Below are positions 27,301 through 40,350 of a DNA stretch of 64,000 nt, piece by piece. The notes beneath the pieces were generated by a model. The model was not told the DNA's origin, made no database searches, and saw nothing but the letters and a program-made list of their open reading frames with translations. The translations under genes were made by a program, and so were the position numbers. Source of the stretch: Eledone cirrhosa (taxonomy: Eukaryota); assembly GCA_964016885.1 (NCBI GenBank), contig OZ024753.1:1116001-1180000 (forward strand). The letters are read 5' to 3'. The stretch's first letter is position 1, and the number at the start of each line of letters is the position of its first letter.

Positions 27301-27584
27301 GTATTCAGGGGAGATAACTCTATTGGTGACATAATCTGCCTGGAGCATCCAGAAGGTTAAGCAGTTAAGCCTTATTACATGACAGTCCATCTAACCCATA
27401 CAAGCATGGAAAATAGATGTTACATGATGATGGTGATGTTTTACGATAAACTTCTTAACATCCTCACATGATTTAGCAGAAAATATCTAAAACAGATTTG
27501 TTAAATTCAAATGTTTATAGTCTCTTTATTAATGAACAGATTGTTGTACAAATTTGCAGTATTAGGGTAAATTCTTAAATTCCT

Positions 27585-27865
27585 TGTGTGATGCAGTCAT
27601 TTGTCAACAAAGACCTCGTCTAGGACCTCACATCTAAACCAGCCGACTTTGACCTTCCTAAAAAGCAATGGGTGTCGTTTAATCAAATCCATACAATACA
27701 TGTGACTCTGGAGACCCTGACCAGACAGTGCTGCATGTTGTTCGTGATTGCCCCCTCAGACGTTTTCCTGGCGGCCTGGAAGCAATCCATAATACTATAA
27801 ATGACGCCCTAGTCTGCCTCACCGATCTCTATCTGTCCGTCTAACCATTGTGCATATGGCAAGAA
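27585..27865 (+). mobile_element. RTE-X-like LINE 3' fragment nested in a TTAA MITE
   Basis: PADFDLPKKQWVSFNQI...CDSGDPDQTVLHVVRDCPLRRFPG (decayed C-terminal zinc knuckle). Confidence 0.6.
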
Positions 27866-28272
27866 GTAGTCATAGTATATTGCTGTTTTCTACTTTTTCA
27901 AGGATGTTATTCTAATGCAGTTTCATGCAGTACAGGATATTGAAAGCTAAGTTGGTATTTAAAAGATAAGTTAAAATTTTCTTAGAGTAAGCTATGATGG
28001 AAGCTTTAAATATAAAATAAATGACTTCACATCATAGAATTATGAACAGTTTCAGGCAGGTTAGTATTAAAAGAGTTAAATTGTCTGGCTTCATATTGTA
28101 GATTCTCTCAATTTTTATCAATTATTATCAATTTTAGTTTGAGAGATTCTCTTCTCTCCAATACTTAACACTTTTTGGATACTTAGATTACAAAGAACTG
28201 TTTTCAACAGCTGCCTGTGAAAATTTCTCTGTAATATAAAAATATAGTTTTCTTTTTATTGATATTTTATAG

Positions 28273-28372
28273 ACAAAAAAAATTGAACCAGCCAGTCTTG
28301 ACTTTAACGAGGAGAAAGATGGTCCAGCTAGTTTGCCAGAAGAAAATCTGAAAACAGAAGATCTTTTTGCTG
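28273..28372 (+). CDS. SNX2: SNX1/2 exon 2 (acidic N-terminus)
   Basis: tttatag|ACA...GCT G|gtatgc; TKKIEPASLDFNEEKDGPASLPEENLKTEDLFA; phase 0 to 1; EDLFA matches the SNX2 EDLFA motif. Confidence 0.85.
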
Positions 28373-28636
28373 GTATGCCTTCCTATTAATTTGAAGAATC
28401 TTGTCTGTTTTTAAATGTCCTATTTTACCACCTTCAGTTCTTTACCTGTTCCAATATAAAATTATTTATTTTTTATCATCCAAATTTTTCTTTTTTCTTT
28501 TGATGTTTTGAGTGAATTTATATATTTGGAACCAGTGATCTGTGAAATGTGATGTGTACAGTTTTATGTAATATAATATTTTTATTTCCTGTCACATTTC
28601 TCAAGGAATATATTTATTAGAATGTTTTATTTTCAG

Positions 28637-28714
28637 TTGATGATTATCCACTTGAAAGCAATGAAGATTTATTAGATTGTGGTGAAGAATTCCGAAAAGG
28701 GATATTGGATCTAG
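28637..28714 (+). CDS. SNX2: SNX1/2 candidate cassette exon 3 (78 bp, phase 1-1)
   Basis: ttttcag|TT GAT...CTA G|gtcagt; open in the required phase: (V)DDYPLESNEDLLDCGEEFRKGILDL; acidic like its neighbours. Confidence 0.6.
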
Positions 28715-28917
28715 GTCAGTTTGGCTAAAAAAAAAAACCAAAAAACCCCCTCAATGTCTTTTTGTGTTTTGTGGAGACAGTTTGTAGACGATTCAACTGC
28801 ATCTTAGAATTGCATGCGTTTGTGTGTCACTGTATATTTCATTTTGTTTTTTATTCATTTAGAAGTGGCTTGAGACAATACAATTGTTTTATAGAAATAG
28901 AACATATTATATAGTGT

Positions 28918-29103
28918 GGATTGGGAGTATCAGTAGAGCTTCAGACACCGTGCTTTGAAGCATAGTTATGGCCCTTTATGTTCTGAATTTAAATCCCGCC
29001 GAGGTTAGCTTTGCCTTTCATCCTTACGGGGGTGGATAAAATAAAGCTCCAGTAATACACTGGGGTAATTGCTGGCCTTATGCCAAAAGTAGAAACAATT
29101 ATA
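28918..29103 (+). mobile_element. SINE family 1 with TSD
   Basis: Flanked by ATTATATAGTGTG. Confidence 0.82.
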
Positions 29104-29973
29104 TAGTGTGTCTATCATAACAGTAATGAATTATTGATAATGAAAAATATGGAATAGAAGCTTAAAACAAAGAAACATAGAAAGCTGAGATTACTAAATA
29201 AAAAGACTGAGAAACTTGTCAATAGATAAAAGAACAAACAAAATTGAGACATCATAAAACATGAAGATAATATGGAAGTGGGCAGGGCAATGTGGTATAA
29301 ACAGTTGACAATAGATGGACAAAGCTACTATGTAAAGAAGAGAGACTGGGCGAGATAGGTTTATGTAGTCAAAAAAGATAGAGAATGAGGTGCAGAGATG
29401 AGATAGATGAGTTTGTGGGTGTTACGTTTATTAGCAGCTTATACTTTGTGATTAATTAACCAAATAATTTATATTTCATTTATTCTCATCATTAATTTTT
29501 ATTTCTTTTTCTTTTACTGATTTGTACTGCAGCCATGTTGGAGCACTGTTTTTTTTTATTTTTTTAAAATAAATAATTCCTTCTCTTCACTTGGCAATGG
29601 TGATTTGTTAGGGTCACATTCTAGATATTTCTATAATGATAAAACCTGAATTATTGGTGCCAAGATTCACTTAATGTGAGTTAATAGTGTTTGCCCATCA
29701 TACAGTGTGCCTCCAGTAACCATACAGTTGGTAGTCTTAACATATTAACTTATCTATCTTTTAGCTAGTAGTCTTAACATTCTATCGACCTGACCTATTG
29801 ATACATGCATGATAACATTCAATAGCTTTGTTTGGCAGCATGCATTTCAGTTGATTGATTCCTAAGTACTTTGGAATATTTTTTATCTCTATAACTCATT
29901 CAGTCCCTGGGTGAAAGTTCTCAACTGATCTTAAATGTTTATTCATTTGTTTTCTTTTTGCTTTGTGTGTTTC

Positions 29974-30499
29974 TTAAACCTTTTATTAGCTTCTTTCTTA
30001 ACCCTTTCACCAGCATATATCTTAACCCTTTCACCAGCATATATCTTAACCCTTTCACCAGCATATATCTTAACCCTTTCACCAGCATATATCTTAACCC
30101 TTTCACCAGCATATATCTTAACCCTTTCACCAGCATATATCTTAACCCTTTCACCAGCATATATCTTAACCCTTTCACCAGCATATATCTTAACCCTTTC
30201 ACCAGCATATATCTTAACCCTTTTATTAGCGTATATCTTAACCCTTTTATTAGCGTATATCTTAACCCTTTTATTAGCATATATCTTAACCCTTTTATTA
30301 GCGTATATCTTAACCCTTTTATTAGCATATTTCTTAACCCTTTTATTAGCATATTTCTTAACCCTTTTATTAGCATATTTCTTAACCCTTTTATTAGCAT
30401 ATTTCTTAACTCTTTCATTAGCATATATTTTAACCCTATTATTAGCATATATCTTAACCCTTTCTTTAGCATATATCTTAACCCTTTTATTAGCATATT
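29974..30499. repeat. 24-bp minisatellite (~22 units)
   Basis: TTAACCCTTTCACCAGCATATATC switching to TTAACCCTTTTATTAGCATAT.TC. Confidence 0.95.
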
Positions 30500-31270
30500 T
30501 TAACCCTTTCATTAGCATGTATCTAAGGAAATACACTGCCTATGTGTTTCAATTTTGAAAAATAATTAAATATTGGAATGAATTTAGTAAAATAACTTTT
30601 TCTATAAATTAGCAGACATCTATACTATAATAAAAGGAGCAATGTGGACTGCGTTGTTTTATATTATTTAATCCTGTTAGTAAAATAAGTTGGATTACTT
30701 TGAATAAATAATGAATGAATATTACATAATTTATGTACTAAATTTCGTAGCTCTTGATTTAACATAAATATTCTTATATATAATGATTGCTCATTTTAAG
30801 ATTCACTTTTAAAATTTTCAAATGTCAATACTTCCGGTTATGATATAACGGACGCTATCTCACATATCGCTAATATAAATGTTGATATATTTACATCGTT
30901 ATATCAAAACATTTATATTTCTGTTGCTAATTTTCTCCTTTTTCATTTTCATTACATTTCACCGTAATGCAGTTTATATATAATATTGTCTTTTTTAAAT
31001 GTATCATGGATTACTTTACTGATTACAGAAGAAAGTGTAACACAGTCTCTCTTCAATTTCTGTGCATATTGTCAATTGTGATTTCATTTGATGTATCATA
31101 TCTACATGCATATAATATTTGCGTATAATATCAATATGCACACAAAGGGTGGTTTTTCTGCTAGTTTCTTTGATAAAATTACAATGGAAATATTTAATAT
31201 ATGGGATAAACATTTTAAAATATGCAGTTTTGTATCATAAATCCAAGCAGTATTGTATTGAAAGGGTTAA
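30500..31270. mobile_element. TTAA (piggyBac-like) MITE interrupted by Helitron copy 1
   Basis: TTAA CCCTTTCA...TGAAAGGG TTAA termini; related pieces near 24186, 26689, 31960-32210 and 38900-39045. Confidence 0.7.
30619..31164 (+). mobile_element. Non-autonomous Helitron copy 1
   Basis: A|TCTATACTATAATAAA start, CTAG|T end, no TSD; homologous to 35708-36238. Confidence 0.8.
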
Positions 31271-31291
31271 TGTTTTATTCCTGGTTCCTAG

Positions 31292-31407
31292 TTAACCTTC
31301 AGCACGCTGAATTTTTTTATGAATTGCTTCCTTTGACACTGCATTTTGTATTAAGGGGAGATTACTCAATTGTTGCAATTTGTTGCCAACAGTGCATTAA
31401 AGGTTAA
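31292..31407. mobile_element. Short (~115 bp) TTAA-bounded MITE
   Basis: TTAACCTT...AAGGTTAA; homologues at 45942-46053 and 27059-27360 (the latter split by a SINE). Confidence 0.65.
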
Positions 31408-33224
31408 ATGATTTGAGAAAGCTGTAAAAGAATAACTACCCATATCCAGGTAAATAAAATTGTCTAACTTGGTCCATTAAAAGTCTATTATTTAGAGTTT
31501 ACTAGCGATGTATCTTCATCATCATTAAGTCTGTTTTCCTTCTAGCAAGAGTTGGACATGTCATCCATTAAATGTCTATTATTTAGAGTTGTGTTACCAT
31601 GGTTTACTACTGACAGGGCCTCCAAGAGAAATTTTGCAAGGCAAAGATTTTTCTCAAAATGGATGTTGCATGATTGCTGTGGGGCCTTCTTAGCTCTTTG
31701 ACCCTGGAACAAAGTACTGGCTGCCCTCCCCCTCTCATAGGCCCTGACTACTGATGTATCATCATCATCATTAAGTTTGTTTTCCTTGCTAGCATGGGTT
31801 GAATATGTCATCATTGACTAGTCAGTATTGAAGTGGAGCTACCGACCTCCAGGTTGACTTAGGGTCCAATATATGTTCCCACACTCTACCAAACGTATTT
31901 TATTGTGGCACTAGTAGTGGGGGGGGGGGGGGGTGATTCCGCTGAAGATAGAATACGTGAAATGCTTAATATTCATCATACCAAACCAGTTAAAAATACA
32001 TCTAGTTCTAAGATATAAATCTGTTTATTTTATCTAAATATTTATCTAAAATATCTCCAGTTTTATGTAAGAATCTTTAAATTTTGCTCTAAACGCCAGT
32101 TTAGTAATGAGTTATATTACTAAATCCCTTAAAATTCTTGATTATTTTCAAAATCATTTGAAAACCATAGGCAATGTCTTTCAATAGTAATATAGTAACA
32201 AAAGGATTAAGAAAGAAGAGAGGGGTTGTTGATTTGTACATGTACCAATGTGTGTTTTAAGTTTAGCATGGGAAGTCATACAGGATCAATGTCTGCATTA
32301 AGTTAGTCATTTCTTTTATCTTTCTCTCTTCGTCTGTTTCTTCTTCCTTCACTTTTTTTTTTCATTCTAGATTGCTGATTTATAAACAAAACATTAAATC
32401 TTAATCTGTTCCACACGAAACTGCATTAACAAGATTCTTGAAAAATCATATTAAAAATTAGTCTTTGATACTGTAACTTTTCACAATGATCTGTCCACTA
32501 GTAAAAATACTATAGTTGAATTAACAGGCATGCTTTTAGGTATTTTCTGTGAAATCATTACAGGATGTCTTCATTAACATTTGATATTCTTGAAAACTAC
32601 AAAACAGCACTATGACTGCATCACATTAGAAACTAGTCTTTACTCTAATACTGTAAATTTTTACAATGGTCTGTACACTTGTAAAGAATTAACAAAGCTG
32701 TTTTTAGATATTTTCTACTAAATCATTACATGATATCAAGAGTTAACTATAAAATATCAACATAGGATATCTAAGAATTGAATTAATATTTAGCTTCGTC
32801 TTGATAGAGAACACCTGTGATCAAGGGCACTCCAGCCTCGATTACTCTGTATTCATTTTTTGTGGGGTCAGATATAGTATATCTTTCCTTGAAAACATCA
32901 GGGTGTGATTTGAAGGATATTTGATTGCTATTTTTAGCAGGTTTAGTCACCACATAGATGATCCTTCACCCATGATAAAGCTAATGGTCTATTTATTTAA
33001 TAACTTGCTTTAATATAAGTATAAACCTATTAAAGTGGGCAGTTTTATAGTGTATAACTAGGGATGGTTTCAGGTGAGTCTATTTGGGAGTTTTTTTTTT
33101 TATTTATTTTTTTTTTTTGCACAATCTTTCATGAATAATATATGTTCCTCTGCTTTATTGAAATAAATCAATAACTCAGCCAGATCCATCTCTTTTACAT
33201 CATTGATTCAGAAGCATACTAAGA

Positions 33225-33495
33225 CGTGAGGGTGTGTTGGACCTCTATCAGTTCCGACGATGAGTGATCCAGTTGATTTGATCAACAAAACAGCCTACTC
33301 TTGAAATTAACGTGCAAATGGCTGAGTATTCCACAAAAGCATGTACCCTTAATATAATGTAGTTTTCAGGGACATTCAGCATAACATGTGTGACAGCTGA
33401 GTGAATTGGAGCAAAAGTGCATTGTTCAAGGACACAATGTGCTCTTTATGATCATGAACCAAACAGCCTAACCACTAAACCATGTGCCTTCATAT
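33225..33495 (-). mobile_element. SINE with family 2 head and a different (Deu/Nin-like) 3' body
   Basis: Head homologous to 43000-43140, joined to a ...GTGGAATACTCAGCCATTTGCACGTTAATTTCAAGAG... body; domain name is from memory. Confidence 0.5.
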
Positions 33496-33640
33496 GATAT
33501 GTCTTAGGTAACATAAACACTGCACATTCAGCTAGTTTTCTTGTCTTTTATGTAATTTTCTGTCCTGTTTACACAGATTTTCTTTCTTTTTTTTTTAGTT
33601 AAATTTGTATTTTATTTATTTATTTATTTATATATATATA

Positions 33641-33975
33641 TATATGAAGACAAACATAGAATATTCGAAAATATTCTGTATGTTTATAATAAACATTTTG
33701 AAGACCTAATCGCTATAGAATAGAATACGTCACGTATTACAATTTGAGATTCTCGACAAAAGCAAGGGAAGTAACCCACGCGTTTCATTCTTATTTGAAA
33801 TCATCAGGATTACATATCCAATGCTTTTATCGAGAATGACACAGCTAGAGACTTATAGAATACTTAGCTGTGTACAGGAACTGACGTATTCTATTCTATA
33901 GCGATTAGGTCTTCAAAATGTTTATTATAAACATACAGAATATTTTCGAATATTCTATGTTTGTCTTCACATATA
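33641..33975 (-). mobile_element. Penelope-like pseudo-LTR (family A) with inverted duplication
   Basis: About 92-bp near-perfect inverted arms (33641-33732 / 33882-33975) around a hammerhead-bearing core, flanked by (TA)n. Confidence 0.65.
33771..33813 (-). ncRNA. Family A hammerhead motif with GUG triplet (probably inactive)
   Basis: Reverse complement reads GTAATC-CTGATGA-tttcaaataagaat-GAAA-CGCG-TG-GGTTAC; homologous to 9192-9234. Confidence 0.7.
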
Positions 33976-34419
33976 TATCGCTATTTCAGAGCATTAAATC
34001 CAAATATATATATATATATATATATTACCCACTCTTGAGTTTTGTGTGAATAATTTAATATATATTTACATATACACCAAATGCATATATAGTTAATATA
34101 TATATAATGATATATATGTGTGTGTGTGTCTGTATCTATATATGTATATATATGTTATATCTCTATATATTACATTTGACATTGTTTCAACAATTTCCTT
34201 ATTGATACCTCACCAATATTTTTCTCTTTGTCTTTTTTGTTATAATTTAATGTTGCCTTTTTTTTATTTTTGTATTGTTAATATGTAATTATTTTTTCAC
34301 TTTCTCTCTTTCATTTTTACAATTTCATATGCTCTATGTATTTATTGCATGTATTTTACACACATATATTACACATTTACAATTTCATATGCTATATGTA
34401 TATATTGCATGTATTTTTT

Positions 34420-34451
<32 letters not shown>

Positions 34452-34709
34452 TACACATTTATGTTGAATTGTATACTTGAGTTTTTTTGTTTTTTTTTCC
34501 ATTTTTAAAAAAATACATTACTTCATTCATCAGAGAATATATATGTAAAATTGTAAAATCAAGTTTGTTGGCCAGAAATTAGAGTAAAATCTTCAATAGA
34601 TCTGAGCTGGCAGTTCAGTAAACCAAATGTATGCACACACTCTCTTACACATGCATACACATCTCCATACACTGTTGTTGTTCTTCTTAAAAGTATGAAA
34701 TAGATCATG

Positions 34710-34741
<32 letters not shown>

Positions 34742-35281
34742 TGGTTAATGATTATTTCCTCTTCTAATTGTTTAGCTTATTAAGCAGTTTTATACTGTTT
34801 TCTAGTCATAAAATAGTAGTCTGTAATTTTGTTGGTAAGTTAGTATTAACATATCAAATACATCATCATTTTTTAATCCTTTTTTTCCCCCATGTTAGCA
34901 TCGAGTGGACAAGGCTTTTTTGAGGGAGTATTCTTTGACTGAATGCCCTTCTTGATGTGCCAACCCTTGTTTTTTAAACCCTTTAGCATTTAAACCAGCT
35001 GTATCAAGCCAGAATTCTCTCATGTCTTTCTGTTCAAACCGGCCGTAACTGGCCAATCATATTTATGTCAAGATATTGTTCTTAAAATAAATATCAAAAT
35101 CTCATAGATTCAATATTATGCGAGGTATACCCTGTATTTTTATACCCTGAAAATACAATAGTATAGATAGAGTAATGTAAATGCTAAAGGGTTGTATAAG
35201 AAACTGAGCGTCTCGCAAGACTTTTCTTTATGAAAAACATAAACAAACATCATAGCTAGCATTGTCAAATTCAGAGTAAAA

Positions 35282-35400
<119 letters not shown>

Positions 35401-35707
35401 TTGCAGCTGTACTGCTATACAAGTAACACAAGATCAAGGAGTTTTGTGCGTAAGTGCACTTTTAAAATATATACATTATATTACATATATGTAGTCCACC
35501 CTGCCAGTTGGTAGTGGTAGTACCATGATCAAATGCAGCCAGTATTTGCTGTGAAATGGTTGGCATTAGGAAGTGCATGCAGCTATAGTAACCATGTCAA
35601 ACTGGAACATGGCGAGATAGTGATTGGATTTATCTTACCTCAGAATGTGATGTCCTGTCTGACTCGTGTAAGCATGGGAAATAAATGTAAAACAGATATG
35701 ATGATAA

Positions 35708-36238
35708 TCTAAACTATAATAAAGGAAGGTCTGCGGGACTGCGTAGGGTTTTTTTTTTTTTACCCTACTAGTAAAATAAATTGGATTACTTTGAATAAAT
35801 AATGAATGAATATTACATAATTTATCTATAAATTTCGTAAACAAAAATAATTTCGTAAAAATAAATAATTTTAAATTGACTTCTTTTCAAAGTTGCACTT
35901 TCGGTATATCGTCGCCACCACCATCACTTCAATTACCATATATATAGAAAGAGAGAGTGTGTGATGTCAACACTTCCGGTGGCGATCGCTTAAATAAACA
36001 TACTAATTTTCTCCTAATGCAGTTTATATATAATATTGTCTATTTTTAATGTATCATGGATTACGTTACTGATTACATAAGACAGTGTAACAACGTCTTC
36101 GTTCAATTTCTGTGTATATTGTCAATTACGATTTTATTTGATGTATCATATCTACATGTATATATACTTACATATAATATCAATATACACACTACACATG
36201 CTAGCAGAAAATCACCCGAAGGGTAGTTTTTCTGCTAG
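35708..36238 (+). mobile_element. Non-autonomous Helitron copy 2
   Basis: A|TCTAAACTATAATAAA start, subterminal ACCC GAA GGGT hairpin, CTAG|T end; inserted in the (GAT)n tail of an RTE 3' fragment. Confidence 0.82.
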
Positions 36239-36790
36239 TGATAATAATTGTTTCTACTTTTGGCACAAGGCCACAATTACCCAGTGCATTACTGGTACTT
36301 TTGATAATAATGATACACACATTGACTCACACAAACAGACATGTAACCCATATATAAACTATATGTATTTAGCATTGATATAATGATAATGATACACACA
36401 TCCACACACACACACAAACATTTAACCCATATATAAATCATGTTTTTAGTACTGATTACTAAAATACTTAATGATTAGTTTGAAATGGGGACTCCATGTC
36501 ACATCTGACCTGAGTCTACCAGCTTCACATGTGCCTGAATATACATTGAGGTTGACTTAAATCATCATACCTTTCCCAACAGCTTTCTGTCCTCTTCACC
36601 AATATAAGAAATTATGATTCACCAATTCTTTTTGAAATGTTTTTTCTCTTTTTTTTTTTTTTAAACTGTTTTATTTTTTTTTATGACACATGTCACTGTC
36701 ACTTTTATTTTACTGAAAAAATTATATTTAAAAAAAAATTGTTGCTGTGTTTGGTTTGTGTGTAATGCGTGTGTGGTGTATTGTTGGCAG

Positions 36791-36892
36791 GCGGTGGGAC
36801 CGAGATCAGTCTGGAACCAGACGCTGAGCCGGCCGCTACTGATACACCGACTGATGCTCAGCCGGCTGGAAGTGCAATCCCTACTCTCAATA
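36791..36892 (+). CDS. SNX2: SNX1/2 candidate cassette exon 4 (102 bp, phase 1-1), paralogous to the start of exon 5
   Basis: tggcag|GC GGT...AAT A|gtgagt; (G)GGTEISLEPDAEPAATDTPTDAQPAGSAIPTLN; GC-rich island in an AT-rich intron; aligns with the exon 5 peptide. Confidence 0.72.
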
Positions 36893-36967
36893 GTGAGTTA
36901 TTCATACTCCTGGATTGATTGTCTTTTAGATTATGAAAGAACTTAGCTGTTCCATAATGATAAGTGA

Positions 36968-37198
36968 TTAATTCTTAACGTCCTGTACTGCTTGAGACCA
37001 ATTAGTAAGATATTCTTGAAATGTACAAAACAGCACTATGACTGCATCACATTATAAATTGAAGTCTTTAAACTAATACTGTAAATGTTCACAAAGATCT
37101 GTCCACTAGTAAAGATTCTATTAACATTTGAATCAGCAAATCAATTTTTAGATGTTTTTCATTACATATTTTAATCATTACAGGATGTTAAGAGTTAA
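36968..37198. mobile_element. TTAA MITE family with CTCTTAACATCCTGTA termini (representative copy)
   Basis: TTAATTCTTAACGTCCTGTA...TACAGGATGTTAAGAGTTAA; other copies near 27450-27950, 32395-32746, 37585-37779, 44975-45110 and 46119-46450. Confidence 0.78.
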
Positions 37199-38691
37199 TT
37201 AGAATATTAATAATGATTTTTTTTTTATTGACCACCACTACTACTACTACTAATAATAATAATAAAGAGAAAAAAACATTCATCTCTCACTTAATTGTCC
37301 AATAATAGCTGTAAAACCTAATGAAGTCTTTAGAATGGTTGTTAAAAAAAAAATGTTATTTAGTCAAGACATGAAAGGAATAAAAATATCAAAATTTCAT
37401 AGACATGATATTATGTGAGATAATTATGTAAGATAAAGCCTTTACCATGAAAATATAATAGTATATATGAGTAATGTAAATGGTAAAGGGTTAAAGAATA
37501 TATCTTAAATTCACAACATACACACTTATTAACAACTGGTTATTTCTGTAGTATTAGATAGTTCCTTTCTTATCTGCTGATTACCTCTTAACATTATCTA
37601 CCACATGAGCAAGATATTCTTGAAAATTATACAAGCACTATGACTGTATTGCATTAAAACCTGAAGTCTTTACTAATTTTACTGCAAATGTTCACTAGTA
37701 AAGATAATATAAACACATGAATTGAGAAACCAATTTCTTTTTATTTTCTGCTAAATCATTACAGGGTGTTAAGAGTTAAGGTACTTTAAACTAGCCAACA
37801 GTACCAATAGTTTAAATAAATATGTAATATTGAATGTAGTCTTCCAACCACCTGATTTTATTGATTTGGTTCAATCTGATTAGTACTTCCTGTTATATGT
37901 AGTAATTTGGCAAATTTCCTGAAGAGTAGATAAATCTTAGTTTTGCCAGGTAAATACATATATGTAAAAAAAAAATCTTTTTGTTACTGTTATTGATTTT
38001 GTATTGCCTATATATTTTGCTATTATGTCTTAGAATTTGATATTGGTTTGAATGCATTGTTTTTCCTAAGATATAGTTCTTCTTCTCTGCTGGCTAAGTA
38101 GTCTCTCCTTTTTTACTTCATATTGTTGATCCTCCAATTTATTTAAGAAAATCTGTTCTTGTTAATTCTTGTATTTTTCTCTGTAATAATATCATTGTTG
38201 TAAGGAGGCAGTTGTTTTAGGATTAATCACATAACAACCATTAATTGCTGTTTTAAGATCTCATCAATGATTTCTCCTTAGATATTTGTTATTTCTCTGT
38301 TTTTGTGATTAATCAAATGCTAATCATTCAGTCTTACCATAACAGACTGGTGTCTTTATTCATGTAATGGCTTCTTTTGTTACTTTTAATGGTTTCTTCT
38401 ACTACATCTATTATAACTTTGATAGGTTTCAGCCAGTATTGGCCCAGACCATGTCTAACTTAATAGCACCACCTGGGAACAATTTCCAAAATTGTCATTG
38501 AGTTATTTTCAAAACTGCAAAAATTGAAGATACAGTGTATTTCCAGATTTAATAGACAAACATAGAATAAGTATATTGAGTTCTGTTCAGCTCAACTACT
38601 TCTACTTAAATACTTGAAATGATTGACAAAGAAATGCTATCTTAATCAAACTGCTAGTAATTGCTCCTGGTTTTACAATACTTTCTTTTAA

Positions 38692-38900
38692 ACTATTTAT
38701 ATTTATCTAAACACCTTCCATCATATAAGAACCTATGTTATATTTATCGAAACACTTTACATCATATAAGAACCCCTGTTATTTTTATTTATCTAAACAC
38801 CTTCCATCTTATAAGAACTTATTTATATTTATCTAATCATCTTCCATCTTATAAGAACTTATTTATATTTATCTAAACATCTTCCATCTTATAAAAACAT
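38692..38900. repeat. About 39-bp minisatellite (~5 units) at a TTAA MITE remnant
   Basis: TTATATTTATCTAAACACCTTCCATCTTATAAGAACTTA. Confidence 0.8.
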
Positions 38901-40122
38901 CTGTTACATTAAGCTCCAAACACCAGACTAATAATGAGAACATTTAGTTATATTACTAAATCTATTCAAATTCTTAATTGTTTTCAAAATAATATGAAAA
39001 TAATAGGTAGTGTCTTTTATTAGAAATATGACAATGAAAGGGTTAAGAAATTGGTCTTTTTACAGTGTTCAATACACACTCACACATATCAACATTCCAA
39101 ACCAAACCAATATGTTAGGCAAGCCCTCAATCAGCCCCCAACTCTTTACATCCATGAAGGTTCTCATATTTGAGGACCTTCATTCTAGATGATTTTATAA
39201 CATTCTCAACTATACAGCCTTGAAACTTCTCTTCTTTTCCTCAGCATCCCCTCCCCTTCTATTTCCATATATGCCCCCCTCCCCCCCCTCTCTCTCTCTT
39301 TCTCCTCTTCATCATTCTTCACATCCCAGCAGTCTGTAAATGCCTGCATGAAATCAGTTATCATTCATAAAATCATAATTTTTGGCCTATTAATCTCAAT
39401 ATTTCAATATTTACATCTACACTATATTACAATTGCTTCAATATCCAGTCATCATCAAGTGTTTTATTCCTTGATATGTACATGGTACCAGACTGGATTC
39501 AAACAGAACTTTTATTTCTAAATGGTACACGTACATAGACGTAATGTTTAATTTAAATATTAAATATTACAGAGGGATTATCAACTCTAAAGATGAAGTC
39601 CTCAAAATTATAAAATCTTATTTACAATCCATCTTGCCTATAATCTCTCGTCCCACTGGTGTCTTTCTGTACATATTTTTCTTCACTCTTTTAATCTGTA
39701 ATCATTCAACTTAAAGTCTAAGAGGAACTAAAAACATTATAGCGACTACCTCCTTTTATCTGAGACGGAGGAGAGGATGGTCTCAGTAGCATTTCATTTA
39801 TACTTGTAAGAGAAAAAAGAAAGATTTTCTAATGCCTTTTAAAAGACAAGGGTAGAAAGACTTATTTTAAATTCTTTATTCTATTCTTATTTGGAAGTAT
39901 TAAATTCAGGATTTTTTCTTTCTTCCTTTTTCATTATATTTTTGTTGTACAACTGTGTTGTTATTTTCGTTATTTTATGTGTGCACCACGAATGTTTAGA
40001 TCGTATCGTTTTTAATTTTATTTCATTCTGTCTGAAATTGCCTGTTGTTAATTCTTGCATGCAAGTGCACACTTTGGATATATATTTATAGTTATTTTCG
40101 TTACTGCTATATAATTATTATA

Positions 40123-40350
40123 ATAATACTTGTTTCTACATTTGGCTCAAGGTCAGAAATTTGAAGGAAGGGGAAAAATTTTTATTAAATTTACACCAGT
40201 GTGTTACTGGTACTCTATATTATTGGCCCTGTAAAGATGAGAGACAAAGTTAACTTTGGTGAGATTTGAACTCAGAACTTAGAAAGTCGTAACTAAATAC
40301 CATAAAGCATGTTGTCTGATGTTCTACTGATGTTGTCACTCCACTGCCTT
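40123..40350 (-). mobile_element. SINE family 1, diverged long variant
   Basis: Same motif order as 12137-12360; further decayed copies near 21020-21200, 24880-24990, 36241-36300, 52790-52950 and 54050-54230. Confidence 0.7.

Noticed and set aside
29935-30558. Four ~200-aa repetitive ORFs
   Set aside because: Products of a stop-free 24-bp minisatellite.
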